Shown in pieces: positions 1-9,137 of a stretch of 64,000 nucleotides of DNA. Source of the DNA: a virus. Location of the stretch: IMG/VR virus record IMGVR_UViG_3300044798_000325, positions 5,165-69,164 of that record; one strand, given 5' to 3'. The stretch's first letter is position 1. Each line of letters begins with the position of its first letter. The position numbers and the translations under genes were made by a program. Under the pieces are notes generated by a model, which searched no databases, had not been told where the DNA came from, and saw nothing but the letters and a program-made list of their open reading frames with translations.

Positions 1-1
1 C

Positions 2-94
2 GTATCCCCGCCTGGTGGGTACAAGATAACGAACATCCGGATGGGTTCGGACAAAAAAGTAATAATAACATACAATTCAACCCCAGTGCCATAA
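2..94 (+). CDS. 3' end of a virion protein gene (partial)
   Basis: Open frame VSPPGGYKITNIRMGSDKKVIITYNSTPVP*, stop adjacent to the RBS of the next gene; resembles the C-terminus of the 694..1149 protein. Confidence 0.6.
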   Translation, partial: VSPPGGYKITNIRMGSDKKVIITYNSTPVP

Positions 95-103
95 GGAGAC
101 GAC

Positions 104-655
104 ATGGAACTCTGGAACCGACTTCGATATGTGTTGAGCCCTCAATTTGACCTTTACGAGCAGGTAGCCAAGGTTGTTCGGGGCAATGTCGCCGACGTGG
201 GCTTTGGGACAGGGTTCGGGGCGCACCTATTGACCATGAACGCGCAGGCCGTGACTGGATATGAATTAGACGAGTGCGGCATAAGGTTTGCGCAAAAGGT
301 CTTCCCCATTCCGAAACTTCGCTTCAAATACGGAGATATCTCAAAGGGGATCGATGAAGGCCCTTACGATTTCATCGTTATGATTGACATCATTGAACAC
401 ATCAAACACGACAAACAGGCCCTTTTGAATGCCAAGAGGATGATGGCCAAGAACGGTTCTCTGATCCTTTCTACACCCAACCGGCTGAGCAGGTATCGGA
501 AGGCGGATACCCATGTCCGAGAGTACGCCCCAAAAGAGTTTGAGGGAATACTCAAGACCGCTTTTGTAAGTGTCAGCCTGCGAACATATACACTGGAACC
601 GCTGGTTTCAGGCTACGAAAACCCTATGGTAGCCGTCTGCCGGAATGACGAATAG
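104..655 (+). CDS. Class I SAM-dependent methyltransferase
   Basis: DVGFGTGFG motif I, YDFIVMIDIIEHI, LILSTPN...HVREY; AGGAG RBS. Confidence 0.9.
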   Translation: MELWNRLRYVLSPQFDLYEQVAKVVRGNVADVGFGTGFGAHLLTMNAQAVTGYELDECGIRFAQKVFPIPKLRFKYGDISKGIDEGPYDFIVMIDIIEHIKHDKQALLNAKRMMAKNGSLILSTPNRLSRYRKADTHVREYAPKEFEGILKTAFVSVSLRTYTLEPLVSGYENPMVAVCRNDE

Positions 656-693
656 ACCGTAGGTGCCCGACTCTAAGAGAGGAGGACAAGAAA

Positions 694-1149
694 ATGGCTG
701 GATTTCTAAGTGTGAGTTTCGATCCCGCGCAGATCAGCGATGCCCACAGCGCTGCGACGGCAGCTCTTGCAGCGGCAAGTGATGCCCATAGCGACGCGGC
801 GGCAGCGGCTCTTGCCGCGGCGAGTGCCGTTAGCGCGGTAGCGGCACATTCCTCGGCGTGGGGTGTTGGCGCGTCCAAAGCGGCAGTGGCTTCGGCTGCT
901 GCGGTCCACGCGCATTCCGTGGCCAATGCGGCGGCTTCTCAGGTCGTTATTGCTCAGTCTGCGGCAAGCGATGCTCAGAGTGCGGCAGCGGCGCTAGCTG
1001 CCGGAGCGTCGGCAGGGTTGGCGGCGAAGGGCCGTCTGTCGAGCGCGGTCTTCACAGATCCCGGTGTCAATTCGAGGGCTGTCAAGAACATCGTTTACAC
1101 GTCGGCAGGGCTCATCAAACTGCGGTACAGCTCGCTCGCTCAGGCGTAG
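694..1149 (+). CDS. Ala/Ser-rich putative virion decoration/fibre protein
   Basis: GGAGG RBS; SDA-rich low-complexity body; shares the N-terminal M-x-G-[FY]-L-S-x-S-F-D-P and AHSSAWG motifs with 2420..3205. Confidence 0.75.
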   Translation: MAGFLSVSFDPAQISDAHSAATAALAAASDAHSDAAAAALAAASAVSAVAAHSSAWGVGASKAAVASAAAVHAHSVANAAASQVVIAQSAASDAQSAAAALAAGASAGLAAKGRLSSAVFTDPGVNSRAVKNIVYTSAGLIKLRYSSLAQA

Positions 1150-1163
1150 CAGTATCATCACCC

Positions 1164-1191
1164 GGAGAGGGGGGCGAAGGCTCCCTTCTCC
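1164..1191 (+). terminator. GC-rich intergenic hairpin (possible terminator or processing site)
   Basis: GGAGAGGGGGGC-GAAG-GCTCCCTTCTCC stem with G-U pairs, just after the 694..1149 stop; no clear U-tract. Confidence 0.35.
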
Positions 1192-1211
1192 ATCCAAAAA
1201 GGGATGGCATA

Positions 1212-2246
1212 ATGTTCGTAGTTCACTGGAGCAACTGGGGTCCGCGGATCAGCGGGATGTACGAATCCTGTAAGAATCAGTGCAAATATGAGACCCGCGC
1301 CGGCATTCGATCGGAGCTTGCCATTTCCTACGAAGCCATCCCAACGGCAGAGAGGAACGACAAGGGTTTCCTCCCGATCACTTGGGAAGAGGCGAAAAAA
1401 GCCGACGTTTGGGTCCTCCATTCTGCCTTTCCCGATGATGCGGAAATGAAGAAGGAGCAGGCGAAGAAGGTCACGGTGGCAGTGCTGCACGGGCCGACTG
1501 AGCACATGGTGTTCAAAGAGTGGGAGAAGGTGAGCGACTCGTTCAACCTGCATGTGAACCTTCTCTGGAAGATGGACGCCACGGTCTGCATCAACACCCA
1601 CGAGTACGATGTCATGAAGCTGTACGACGAGAAAGTGGGGCGCTGCCGGTATATTCCGAACAGCATTGACCTGGAAGACCTGGAGGGGACGGTGGCGTGG
1701 CAATATGAGGACCATCCGGCGATTCTCTCCTGCGATACTCCGAGGGTGGAAAAGCTGCCCCTTCATATCATCTGGGCAATGCCATACGTGATGGAGAAGA
1801 TCCCGGAAGCAAGACTGAACGTATTTTCCCTGCTGCTTGAGCCGATCGGGATGTGGAGAAACGTCTTTGTCCGGAGCCACAAAAGAGCCCTGGAAACAGC
1901 CTGCGAGAACATCCAACTGGCAAACAACAACCTGAAACCGTTCCAGGCAGGGGCGGACATCGGGTTCAACAACAACTATTCCGGCATTGCCAGCAGGGTG
2001 ACGATGGAGATGATGGCCTTCGGCGTCCCTGTCGTCAGCTACAACGGGGAATATACGAAGTATCACGCAAGGCCGTTTGATCTTCATTCCATCGCAGAAC
2101 AGATCGAGAGATGCTGGAATGACCTGAAGGCCCCTGGGAGTACGCTGAGGGAAGAAACTATGCAGTACGCCAGGGAGAACTTCGATAGGGGGAAACATGT
2201 TGAAACGTATATTGAGCTTTATAATGAGCTACTTGCCAAGAAGTAG
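1212..2246 (+). CDS. GT-B fold glycosyltransferase (GT4-like)
   Basis: SGMYES N-terminus, YIPNSIDL, R-x-E-K motif, ADIGFN...VTMEMMAFGVPVVS; start moved from 858 to the ATG at 1212. Confidence 0.8.
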   Translation: MFVVHWSNWGPRISGMYESCKNQCKYETRAGIRSELAISYEAIPTAERNDKGFLPITWEEAKKADVWVLHSAFPDDAEMKKEQAKKVTVAVLHGPTEHMVFKEWEKVSDSFNLHVNLLWKMDATVCINTHEYDVMKLYDEKVGRCRYIPNSIDLEDLEGTVAWQYEDHPAILSCDTPRVEKLPLHIIWAMPYVMEKIPEARLNVFSLLLEPIGMWRNVFVRSHKRALETACENIQLANNNLKPFQAGADIGFNNNYSGIASRVTMEMMAFGVPVVSYNGEYTKYHARPFDLHSIAEQIERCWNDLKAPGSTLREETMQYARENFDRGKHVETYIELYNELLAKK

Positions 2247-2256
2247 GAGCGCGAAC

Positions 2257-2418
2257 ATGGATACGAAATCGATCACTTTTGTAGTCACCACTGCCGTGTC
2301 CTTCGGAGACGGTGGAGACTGGCGCAGGAAGGTGAGGGCAGTCAGATCCACGATCAAAGAGGCGATAAAAAAAGACCCGGACTTCAAGGTCCTGAAGGTG
2401 GAAAGCAAGGAAGAGTAA
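2257..2418 (+). CDS. Small hypothetical protein (53 aa)
   Basis: AGGAG RBS then ATG at 2257; fills the gap between neighbouring genes. Confidence 0.55.
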   Translation: MDTKSITFVVTTAVSFGDGGDWRRKVRAVRSTIKEAIKKDPDFKVLKVESKEE

Positions 2419-2419
2419 G

Positions 2420-3205
2420 ATGCCCGGCTATCTCAGCACGAGCTTTGACCCGAACGAGGCCGCGGCAGCAAGCGACCTTGCTTCAAGTGCGTCTGATGCT
2501 GCGTCAAGGGCCATCGGGTATGCTTCCGGAGCGAGTGATGCCGCATCTGCTGCATCGGTAAAGGCCGCGGCGGCTTCAAGCAAGATCGCAGCGCACTCTT
2601 CCGCATGGGGTGGGGGCACCGTCCCCGATGCTTCCGAAACAGCCAAAGGGAAAATCGAGATCGCGACGCTCAGCGAGGCTTTGCTCGGAATAGATACGGT
2701 CAGGTCACTCACTCCGGCTGGCCTGAAACACGTCCTTGATAACAGGGTTCCCACCCCGTGGCCTGCGTATCATGTCCATAGCACTTGGCAATATACCGAT
2801 AAGCTGGGCGCGTCTGTAACCTGGAAGGTCGAGCCCAATTCGGTTCTGGTCAACAATGGGGGCTGTTACTCGCTGGATACGGGGCTGTTTACGGCGCCTG
2901 TGAAGGGGCTGTATGACTTTGCAATCACCGTGCAGCTCCTCGGAATTTTGGCGACGCACGTTGGGTTCTATTTGTACCTCATGACAACCAAAAAAAATTA
3001 CATCCACGATACCGTTCTTGCCAGTTCGCAACATCGGCGCACGTATGCACTGCATGAAAACGTGCTGAGCGTGCCGATGGACGCCGGAGATACGGCGTAC
3101 TGGCTGTGCAAAGTTTCCCCCAGCACTCAAGTTGTTGATGTGTATGGAGAGGCGGTGAATATCTACACAAGGATCATGGGGCATCTTGTCTGCAAGGTGG
3201 ATTAG
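2420..3205 (+). CDS. Fibre/adhesin-like protein: Ala/Ser-rich N-terminus, tail-fibre repeat, C-terminal C1q-like domain
   Basis: ASETAKGKIEIAT...D...TPAGLK fibre repeat; NNGGCYSLDTGLFTAPVKGLYDF is a typical C1q/TNF-like motif. Confidence 0.75.
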   Translation: MPGYLSTSFDPNEAAAASDLASSASDAASRAIGYASGASDAASAASVKAAAASSKIAAHSSAWGGGTVPDASETAKGKIEIATLSEALLGIDTVRSLTPAGLKHVLDNRVPTPWPAYHVHSTWQYTDKLGASVTWKVEPNSVLVNNGGCYSLDTGLFTAPVKGLYDFAITVQLLGILATHVGFYLYLMTTKKNYIHDTVLASSQHRRTYALHENVLSVPMDAGDTAYWLCKVSPSTQVVDVYGEAVNIYTRIMGHLVCKVD

Positions 3206-3214
3206 GAGTGACGG

Positions 3215-3433
3215 ATGGAACTATCTGAAGAAGACCGAGCTGTGCTTGCCCATGTTGTTGTCAGCGTGGACGAATGGGTTGCAAACGCGATTGCGGTGGT
3301 AGGCGAGACAGCAGTGACTGAGAAAATTGATGCGTACCGTGCCGAGTACCTGCAGGCTGTTCAGTCGCCAGATTACAAGGTGCGAGCAGACCGTGACGAA
3401 GGAATAACAGAGCGGTCAGAGGACATCGAGTGA
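3215..3433 (+). CDS. Small hypothetical protein, possibly fibre-associated
   Basis: AGGAG RBS; directly follows the C1q fibre gene. Confidence 0.65.
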   Translation: MELSEEDRAVLAHVVVSVDEWVANAIAVVGETAVTEKIDAYRAEYLQAVQSPDYKVRADRDEGITERSEDIE

Positions 3434-3434
3434 A

Positions 3435-3653
3435 ATGGGCAAACCCCTCATAATCCACGAAGAAGATGACAGCGTCGTTACCGTTCGCGAGGCGGACGAT
3501 GTCACGATCATCACCAGCCCAGGCGGGGCGGGAGATGGTCGTCAGTACCGAAGCATCATCAACTACGACGGGGGACACGCGAACACGCACTACGGAGACC
3601 TGATTCACCTTGATGGCGGAGGAGCAGCCGATGGCAGTCGTTATTCAATTTAG
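3435..3653 (+). CDS. Small virion protein with DGG motifs
   Basis: Coupled to both neighbours; YDGG...LDGGGA motifs are common in phage tail accessory proteins. Confidence 0.6.
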   Translation: MGKPLIIHEEDDSVVTVREADDVTIITSPGGAGDGRQYRSIINYDGGHANTHYGDLIHLDGGGAADGSRYSI

Positions 3654-4830
3654 GCGGGACAATGCCGCTGACTGGACAGCCGAGAACCCTATCCTTGCGG
3701 AAGGCGAAATCGGGGCTGAACTCGACTCCGATCTGTTCAAGATAGGCAACGGGATAACTTCCTGGAATGCTCTGCCGTATGCCCAGCGTGGCCTGAAGGG
3801 TGATAAGGGCGATAAAGGCGACACAGGCGCGACTGGCGCTGTCTCGACCGTCCCAGGGCCGAAAGGCGACAAGGGCGACAAGGGGGACCAAGGCGATATC
3901 GGTTTCACCGGGAACACCGGGGCGCCCGGAACCGACGGGTACACACCAGTCAAGGGGATTGACTACCTTGACGGCGCTCCGGGCCTCCCCGGTGAAGATG
4001 GCGCAGACGGAAGGACCGTTCTCAATGGGGTCGGTGCCCCTGCCAGCGATCTCGGATTGACTGGCGATTTCTACTTGGACACAGCCGTTACCAGGATTTA
4101 TGGCCCCAAGAACGGCGCGGACTGGGGGGCAGGAGTATCGCTGATTGGCCTAACGGGGACTGACGGGAAAACCGTCCTGAACGGAAGCGGAGCTCCCGGA
4201 GCAGGACTTGGCGTCAATGGCGACTTCTATATCGACACCAGCAATTCCGATATCTACGGCCCGAAGACGGGAGGGGCCTGGGGATCTCCGACGAGTCTGG
4301 TCGGTCCTGCGGGCGCGGATTCGACTGTCCCTGGGCCAAAGGGCGACAAGGGCGATACCGGTCCCCCGGGGGCAGATTCGATCGTTCCTGGACCGCAGGG
4401 TGAAGTCGGTCCGACTGGGGCGGACTCGACCGTTCCCGGACCACAAGGGGACAAGGGAGACAAAGGCGATACGGGCAGCGTCGCCGGCAGTTTCGGGGTT
4501 TCGATAGACGGAGCAGGACAGTTGATTACCGTAGGGGTCAAGCAATACCTGATCATGCCTTTCGCCTGCACGATTACCGGATGGCATCTTGTCGGCAGTC
4601 CGCAAGGAACCGTCGTCCTGGACGTTTGGAAAAAGGCCGGCGCTGTTCCCACGGTAGTCGACTCCATTACTGGAACGGAAAAGCCGTCTCTTTCCGCAGC
4701 GGAGATGAATAGCGACACCACCCTGTCTACGTGGACAACGAGTGTCGCGGCTGGTGACGTTATCGCTTTCAATGTCGATTCGTGCGCGGGTTGCCAGAAA
4801 CTTACCCTGACGATAGCGGCGACAAAATAG
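3631..4830 (+). CDS. Collagen-like tail fibre with Mtd/hyaluronidase-type N-terminal anchor
   Basis: IQFRRD..A.W...NPILAEGEIG.E.D...FKIGNG..SWN.LPY; G-X-Y runs (GDKGDKGDTG); two copies of DG.TVLNG.GAP...LG..GDFY.DT....IYGPK; GGAGG RBS before ATG 3631. Confidence 0.85.
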   Translation: MAVVIQFRRDNAADWTAENPILAEGEIGAELDSDLFKIGNGITSWNALPYAQRGLKGDKGDKGDTGATGAVSTVPGPKGDKGDKGDQGDIGFTGNTGAPGTDGYTPVKGIDYLDGAPGLPGEDGADGRTVLNGVGAPASDLGLTGDFYLDTAVTRIYGPKNGADWGAGVSLIGLTGTDGKTVLNGSGAPGAGLGVNGDFYIDTSNSDIYGPKTGGAWGSPTSLVGPAGADSTVPGPKGDKGDTGPPGADSIVPGPQGEVGPTGADSTVPGPQGDKGDKGDTGSVAGSFGVSIDGAGQLITVGVKQYLIMPFACTITGWHLVGSPQGTVVLDVWKKAGAVPTVVDSITGTEKPSLSAAEMNSDTTLSTWTTSVAAGDVIAFNVDSCAGCQKLTLTIAATK

Positions 4831-4840
4831 AGGAATTATC

Positions 4841-6457
4841 ATGGCAGAGTGGAAAGCCTATCATTTCAGGTGCCCATCGTTAAACGGCAGCGTCTCGGCC
4901 CAGTTCTATAAGTATCTCAAAGCGTTTTTGCTGGCCCAGGGGTGGGAACTCCACGATTCGTGGGGCGCACAAACGGCGCAATACTCTTTGGGGGGGAGCA
5001 ACTATTGGCAAAATAACGAAACCGTCACGATAGAAGGGAAGGTGTACACATTCAAAACCACCCTTACCCCAGCAGAGGGCGAAGTCCTGATAGGCGCAAA
5101 TCTTGCTGCCTCTTACGACAATTTCAAGTTGGCAATCAACCGCACAGATCCCGGAACAAATGATGGGGTGAAATATAAGATCGCTGAAGCCAACCCAAAC
5201 TGGGAAGCTACCACAAACACTGACACAGGCCAAACGATTGTTTGGAGGGGTGGTCCTGGCAATAGCGCAGGGAATGTCGCCGTGCTGTCCAAGGTGGCGA
5301 ACTGGCAAGGCTGGTCCGCGCTCACATGGGGAGTGGACGAAATCTCTGTCTGGAAATCGAGGGGGGAATCCGGGCTGGAACCATACGGCTATGTCTGCAT
5401 AACCCCAGACGCAACTGCTTCCACCTTGAGGATAAAGGCTTATCAGTATTGGGACGCAGGCTCTCACACCGGCACAAGAAAAAACTATGAACCGGCTGAC
5501 AGTTTCTATCTGAATGCCTTCAGCTCCACTTACGATTGCATTATTGCGGGCGACAAAGATCTCATCTATTTGAACAACAGGGCTCAGGCTGGCGATGTCT
5601 GGGCGGGTTGGTTTCAAATGTTTGGACACATGCCCAGGAGATTCTGTCCTGATCTTATCACAACAACCGGTGATATCGTTGCGGGGAGCAATGTAAGTAT
5701 TCCCGTAACTGACTCATCGAAAGTTCCGGGGATAGGGGGGTATTTCCAGATCCTTGGGTTGTCCGAAGGGTGCGACAGATTACAGGTCGCCTCTATTCCC
5801 GACTCTACGCATGTTGTCGTCGTAAGCCTCCCGAGAAACTATGCTTCAGGGGCGACGATAGGACTACCGGCATCCACTTTCTTTATAAACAACTCCTTAT
5901 TGAATTCTGGCTATCAAACTCCCTTCCCTGTTTCCTATTTCTCAGATGCCGGGCTGACTGTTGGTACGGGCCGCTTCACCATGAGCGCCATCGACATGCG
6001 TTCACTCAACTTGTTTTACGGGAAATATGTCATGACGCCCTTTTACTGCTGCAGCAATACTTTGGCGGCTATCGGGTGGCTCGACAAGGGGATGTTTTAC
6101 TACGCGGGGGCCGCACTCTGGGACGTAGCCTGCGAGAACGACGACGGGTCGATTATCACAACAAATATATTGGCGACAAGCGCGACCAACCTGACCCTCG
6201 TAGACAGCACAAAGAGCTGGACCCCCGACGAGTTCATCGGGAAGTTCATTGTTTTGGTGGGCGGAACGGGTATCGGGCAGGTCAGGAAGATCACGGATAA
6301 CGACGGGACGACGCTCACTATTGGGTATGCGTGGTACATCAACCCGGATGCCACTACGACATTCCGGATATATGACACTGTTTATCGGTATCTTAACCAA
6401 TCACCGTGGACCACTACGGCGCTTTTGGTCACGGACACGGAGACGCCACCGGTATAA
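4841..6457 (+). CDS. Putative virion structural/receptor-binding protein
   Basis: 538-aa Gly/Thr/Asn-rich, beta-type ORF with RBS; C-terminal L.DS.K.W..DEF.G......GTG.GQVRKITDN module seen in phage tail proteins. Confidence 0.7.
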   Translation: MAEWKAYHFRCPSLNGSVSAQFYKYLKAFLLAQGWELHDSWGAQTAQYSLGGSNYWQNNETVTIEGKVYTFKTTLTPAEGEVLIGANLAASYDNFKLAINRTDPGTNDGVKYKIAEANPNWEATTNTDTGQTIVWRGGPGNSAGNVAVLSKVANWQGWSALTWGVDEISVWKSRGESGLEPYGYVCITPDATASTLRIKAYQYWDAGSHTGTRKNYEPADSFYLNAFSSTYDCIIAGDKDLIYLNNRAQAGDVWAGWFQMFGHMPRRFCPDLITTTGDIVAGSNVSIPVTDSSKVPGIGGYFQILGLSEGCDRLQVASIPDSTHVVVVSLPRNYASGATIGLPASTFFINNSLLNSGYQTPFPVSYFSDAGLTVGTGRFTMSAIDMRSLNLFYGKYVMTPFYCCSNTLAAIGWLDKGMFYYAGAALWDVACENDDGSIITTNILATSATNLTLVDSTKSWTPDEFIGKFIVLVGGTGIGQVRKITDNDGTTLTIGYAWYINPDATTTFRIYDTVYRYLNQSPWTTTALLVTDTETPPV

Positions 6458-6466
6458 GGGGGAGGT

Positions 6467-6667
6467 ATGGCTTTTGCTGTCACGGTGTCTATGAAATTCG
6501 ATAATGCTGTTTGGGAGGATCTCTTTGTGCCCCCCGATCATTATTTGCTGATCCGCAACTGGGCTACTGACGCAATAAATTATACCCACTCCCAGAAATT
6601 GGATCTGTTTGACAAGGGCGGGAAAGCGGGCGGCGCTCCCGGTGTCGCGGCGGCATGGGTGTCTTGA
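6467..6667 (+). CDS. Small hypothetical phage protein
   Basis: GGAGG RBS; fits the operon. Confidence 0.6.
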   Translation: MAFAVTVSMKFDNAVWEDLFVPPDHYLLIRNWATDAINYTHSQKLDLFDKGGKAGGAPGVAAAWVS

Positions 6668-6683
6668 TGTTTAAGGAAAAGGA

Positions 6684-9137
6684 ATGGGTCTCTTCAATCA
6701 CATAAATATTGGCGATATCCAAAGCTACGTTTACCTTGAGGGGACGATCAAGGCTGTCTATCTTGAAACCACCGGGGTTATCGCGGCGAATTGGGACACG
6801 GCGGACGTGGAGTATGAGAACAAGAAGATCTTCTATAACGCGCCTGTCCGGTATCACTGCCAGAAGACCGGTATCGATCGTTCCAATGGAGCAATCGTCG
6901 ATGGGGCCAAGGGGTTCGGCGTGGGCGACAAGGTGATCCTTATGGCGAAGATCGGGACGACTCCAGGCAAAGGCGAGGAGTACGAGAAGGTGTACGTCAT
7001 CGCTCACCGCGACGGCATTGTCCCGTGCGCTTACAACTACCTCTTCATCCGGATTGGGGCTGCCGCCCTGGTGCCTCTCGCTCCACCATTCGGCAGATGG
7101 CTTGAAGGGGGGCTGTACCAAATCAATGAAGTGAATGATCATCCGGGCGAATACTGCACCGTCTGGGACACGGCGAAGGGAACCGCGGCCACCGTCTATA
7201 ATCCTATATCAGGTGCGCCCTACGTCTTTCCTGTGTCCATAGAAGACTTCAAACCGGCCCTCGATTACTACAAATTTGCGGACGAAGAACTCTTCACCCT
7301 TGGCTCGCAGGGCGATGACCAGAGCCAGGAGGCGGGGTTTACGCCGGACTGGCTCTCTGATTTCCAGGGCAACAAGATCCGGGACGGGGCGCAGCCGAGC
7401 GCGTGGTGGACCTCTTATGACATCTATGCGAACCCCATCTTCAACTTGCTGGCGAAGACATCGCTGGCCCTTTTCACCGACAGCGCCGGGGCGAGCGATG
7501 GGACCTTTGCGAAGACGATGGAGCAGTTTAACGCTGGGCAGGAAAACATCCTGAAGTGGAAGGCTGCAAGCCCCCTGGCCTTCAACGACGACACCCGCAG
7601 CTTTGACGTGAAGGGATCTGATTCGACGGAGGAGATGCCTCCCGAACTTCAGGCCCGGCTGCAAGAACTCCAAACGAAGATCGGCCAGATGAATGATCTG
7701 ATCGGGACTCTTGACTCTACTAAGATTTCCAGGTGGGAAGAGCTGTCTGTGATGATCCCCCTGACAGACCCCGCCCTTCAAGCCGAATTCGTTGCGCTTT
7801 CAGCAGGCCAGGTAATCGTCAAATACCGGGCCTATAAGAGCATACGGGATACCGCGCAGGCGGAGGTAGACAGCATCCTCGGGACGAGTGCCTTTACCCC
7901 CTGGGAGATCGCTAACGACAAGAACGGGAACCCCCTGAAGGGAAGTTCCTATCACATGCAGAACGCCTACGGAGAAGACGAAATATGGGTGTGCGCAAAG
8001 AACGTCTATGGCGGGCTCGTTGTAGACGCCTGCGATGCGATGTGGAAATTCGTGCGGCTTATCAATCTCCCCCCGGTTATTCCCATTGGGAATACAGCGG
8101 CAGAACGCCTGGCCGGGACCTCCTGGTTTGGAGTAGGGGGACAAGCCTTGGTGGGGGCGCTATCCATGAGCGACATCTCCCTTATGGTTGCCTCTGACAT
8201 CACGCAAGCGGGCGACAACAATATCTTCAGTTACGGCACCTTGAAACGGATCAACGATGGTGGATTCCATCGGACAACTCACCCGGCACTGAAGATGGCT
8301 GGCATCGGTTCGTTTCGGATGACGCAAAAGCCGATCCCTTTATCTCCATTGGAGCCGACATTCATTACTGCGATGAACTCCCGCTTAGAGCACATCGACG
8401 TTTGGCACAGGTACGACAACTGGATGAACAGCTTCCAATACTCATGCGCCACGTGGGGCGTGGACAGGACATGGTGGTTCAAGAGCAACGCCGAGCAGTG
8501 GAGGATAAGGGCCACCTTCATTGACACGCCTATCGGCAGCATGTGGCACACAGCTCCGGGATGGGAAGCAGCGATTTGGTATATGAGCGGGCTCAGTTTC
8601 AGCCCAGGCAATATAACGGCAAGAAGAGACCTTCCCGTAAACACTCACTTTACCAGGCAGACAAAGCACACCCGGCGTGTAATCAGCCAGATTTACATCG
8701 TGCAGAGACAGGCTGTGACTATGTTTGAGAACCCTGCATTGACCTCTGTAAGGCAAGAAACAAACAAGGGGATCTATGATCACCTTGACCCGGCATCGAT
8801 CAAATACGTGGGCGGAGTCGATTATGACGCCATGGCGCCGGAACAGAAAAAGGCCGCGGTCTCAGACAGGGTCTATCTCCGGTCCATGTATCCCGGAGAG
8901 GTTGGGTATAATCCGCCCTCCGCCCTGCGGGCAAACCGCAACGAAGTGGAGATCATGGCGTCCTGTGATCTGTATTCGACACTGAAGACAACCTTCGGGC
9001 AGTGTAACCCGAGCAAGCAGACCCGGAATGGTCTCCTTGAATACGAGATCCAGAAGCTCATTGCTCGTCATTACAGCGCGTCCGGTCTCGGCCTGAAGGA
9101 TTTCTCAACGTTCACCTTTGAAGCGAGGATCGCGTAA
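6684..9137 (+). CDS. Large hypothetical virion protein
   Basis: 817-aa ORF with AAGGA RBS; N-terminal GTI..V...DTADV...PVRYHC...GF.VGDKV resembles an OB-like tail module. Confidence 0.75.
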   Translation: MGLFNHINIGDIQSYVYLEGTIKAVYLETTGVIAANWDTADVEYENKKIFYNAPVRYHCQKTGIDRSNGAIVDGAKGFGVGDKVILMAKIGTTPGKGEEYEKVYVIAHRDGIVPCAYNYLFIRIGAAALVPLAPPFGRWLEGGLYQINEVNDHPGEYCTVWDTAKGTAATVYNPISGAPYVFPVSIEDFKPALDYYKFADEELFTLGSQGDDQSQEAGFTPDWLSDFQGNKIRDGAQPSAWWTSYDIYANPIFNLLAKTSLALFTDSAGASDGTFAKTMEQFNAGQENILKWKAASPLAFNDDTRSFDVKGSDSTEEMPPELQARLQELQTKIGQMNDLIGTLDSTKISRWEELSVMIPLTDPALQAEFVALSAGQVIVKYRAYKSIRDTAQAEVDSILGTSAFTPWEIANDKNGNPLKGSSYHMQNAYGEDEIWVCAKNVYGGLVVDACDAMWKFVRLINLPPVIPIGNTAAERLAGTSWFGVGGQALVGALSMSDISLMVASDITQAGDNNIFSYGTLKRINDGGFHRTTHPALKMAGIGSFRMTQKPIPLSPLEPTFITAMNSRLEHIDVWHRYDNWMNSFQYSCATWGVDRTWWFKSNAEQWRIRATFIDTPIGSMWHTAPGWEAAIWYMSGLSFSPGNITARRDLPVNTHFTRQTKHTRRVISQIYIVQRQAVTMFENPALTSVRQETNKGIYDHLDPASIKYVGGVDYDAMAPEQKKAAVSDRVYLRSMYPGEVGYNPPSALRANRNEVEIMASCDLYSTLKTTFGQCNPSKQTRNGLLEYEIQKLIARHYSASGLGLKDFSTFTFEARIA

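Noticed and set aside
858-1211. N-terminal extension of the glycosyltransferase ORF
   Set aside because: It overlaps the Ala-rich gene in another frame and reads as shadow sequence; GT-like sequence starts at the ATG at 1212.
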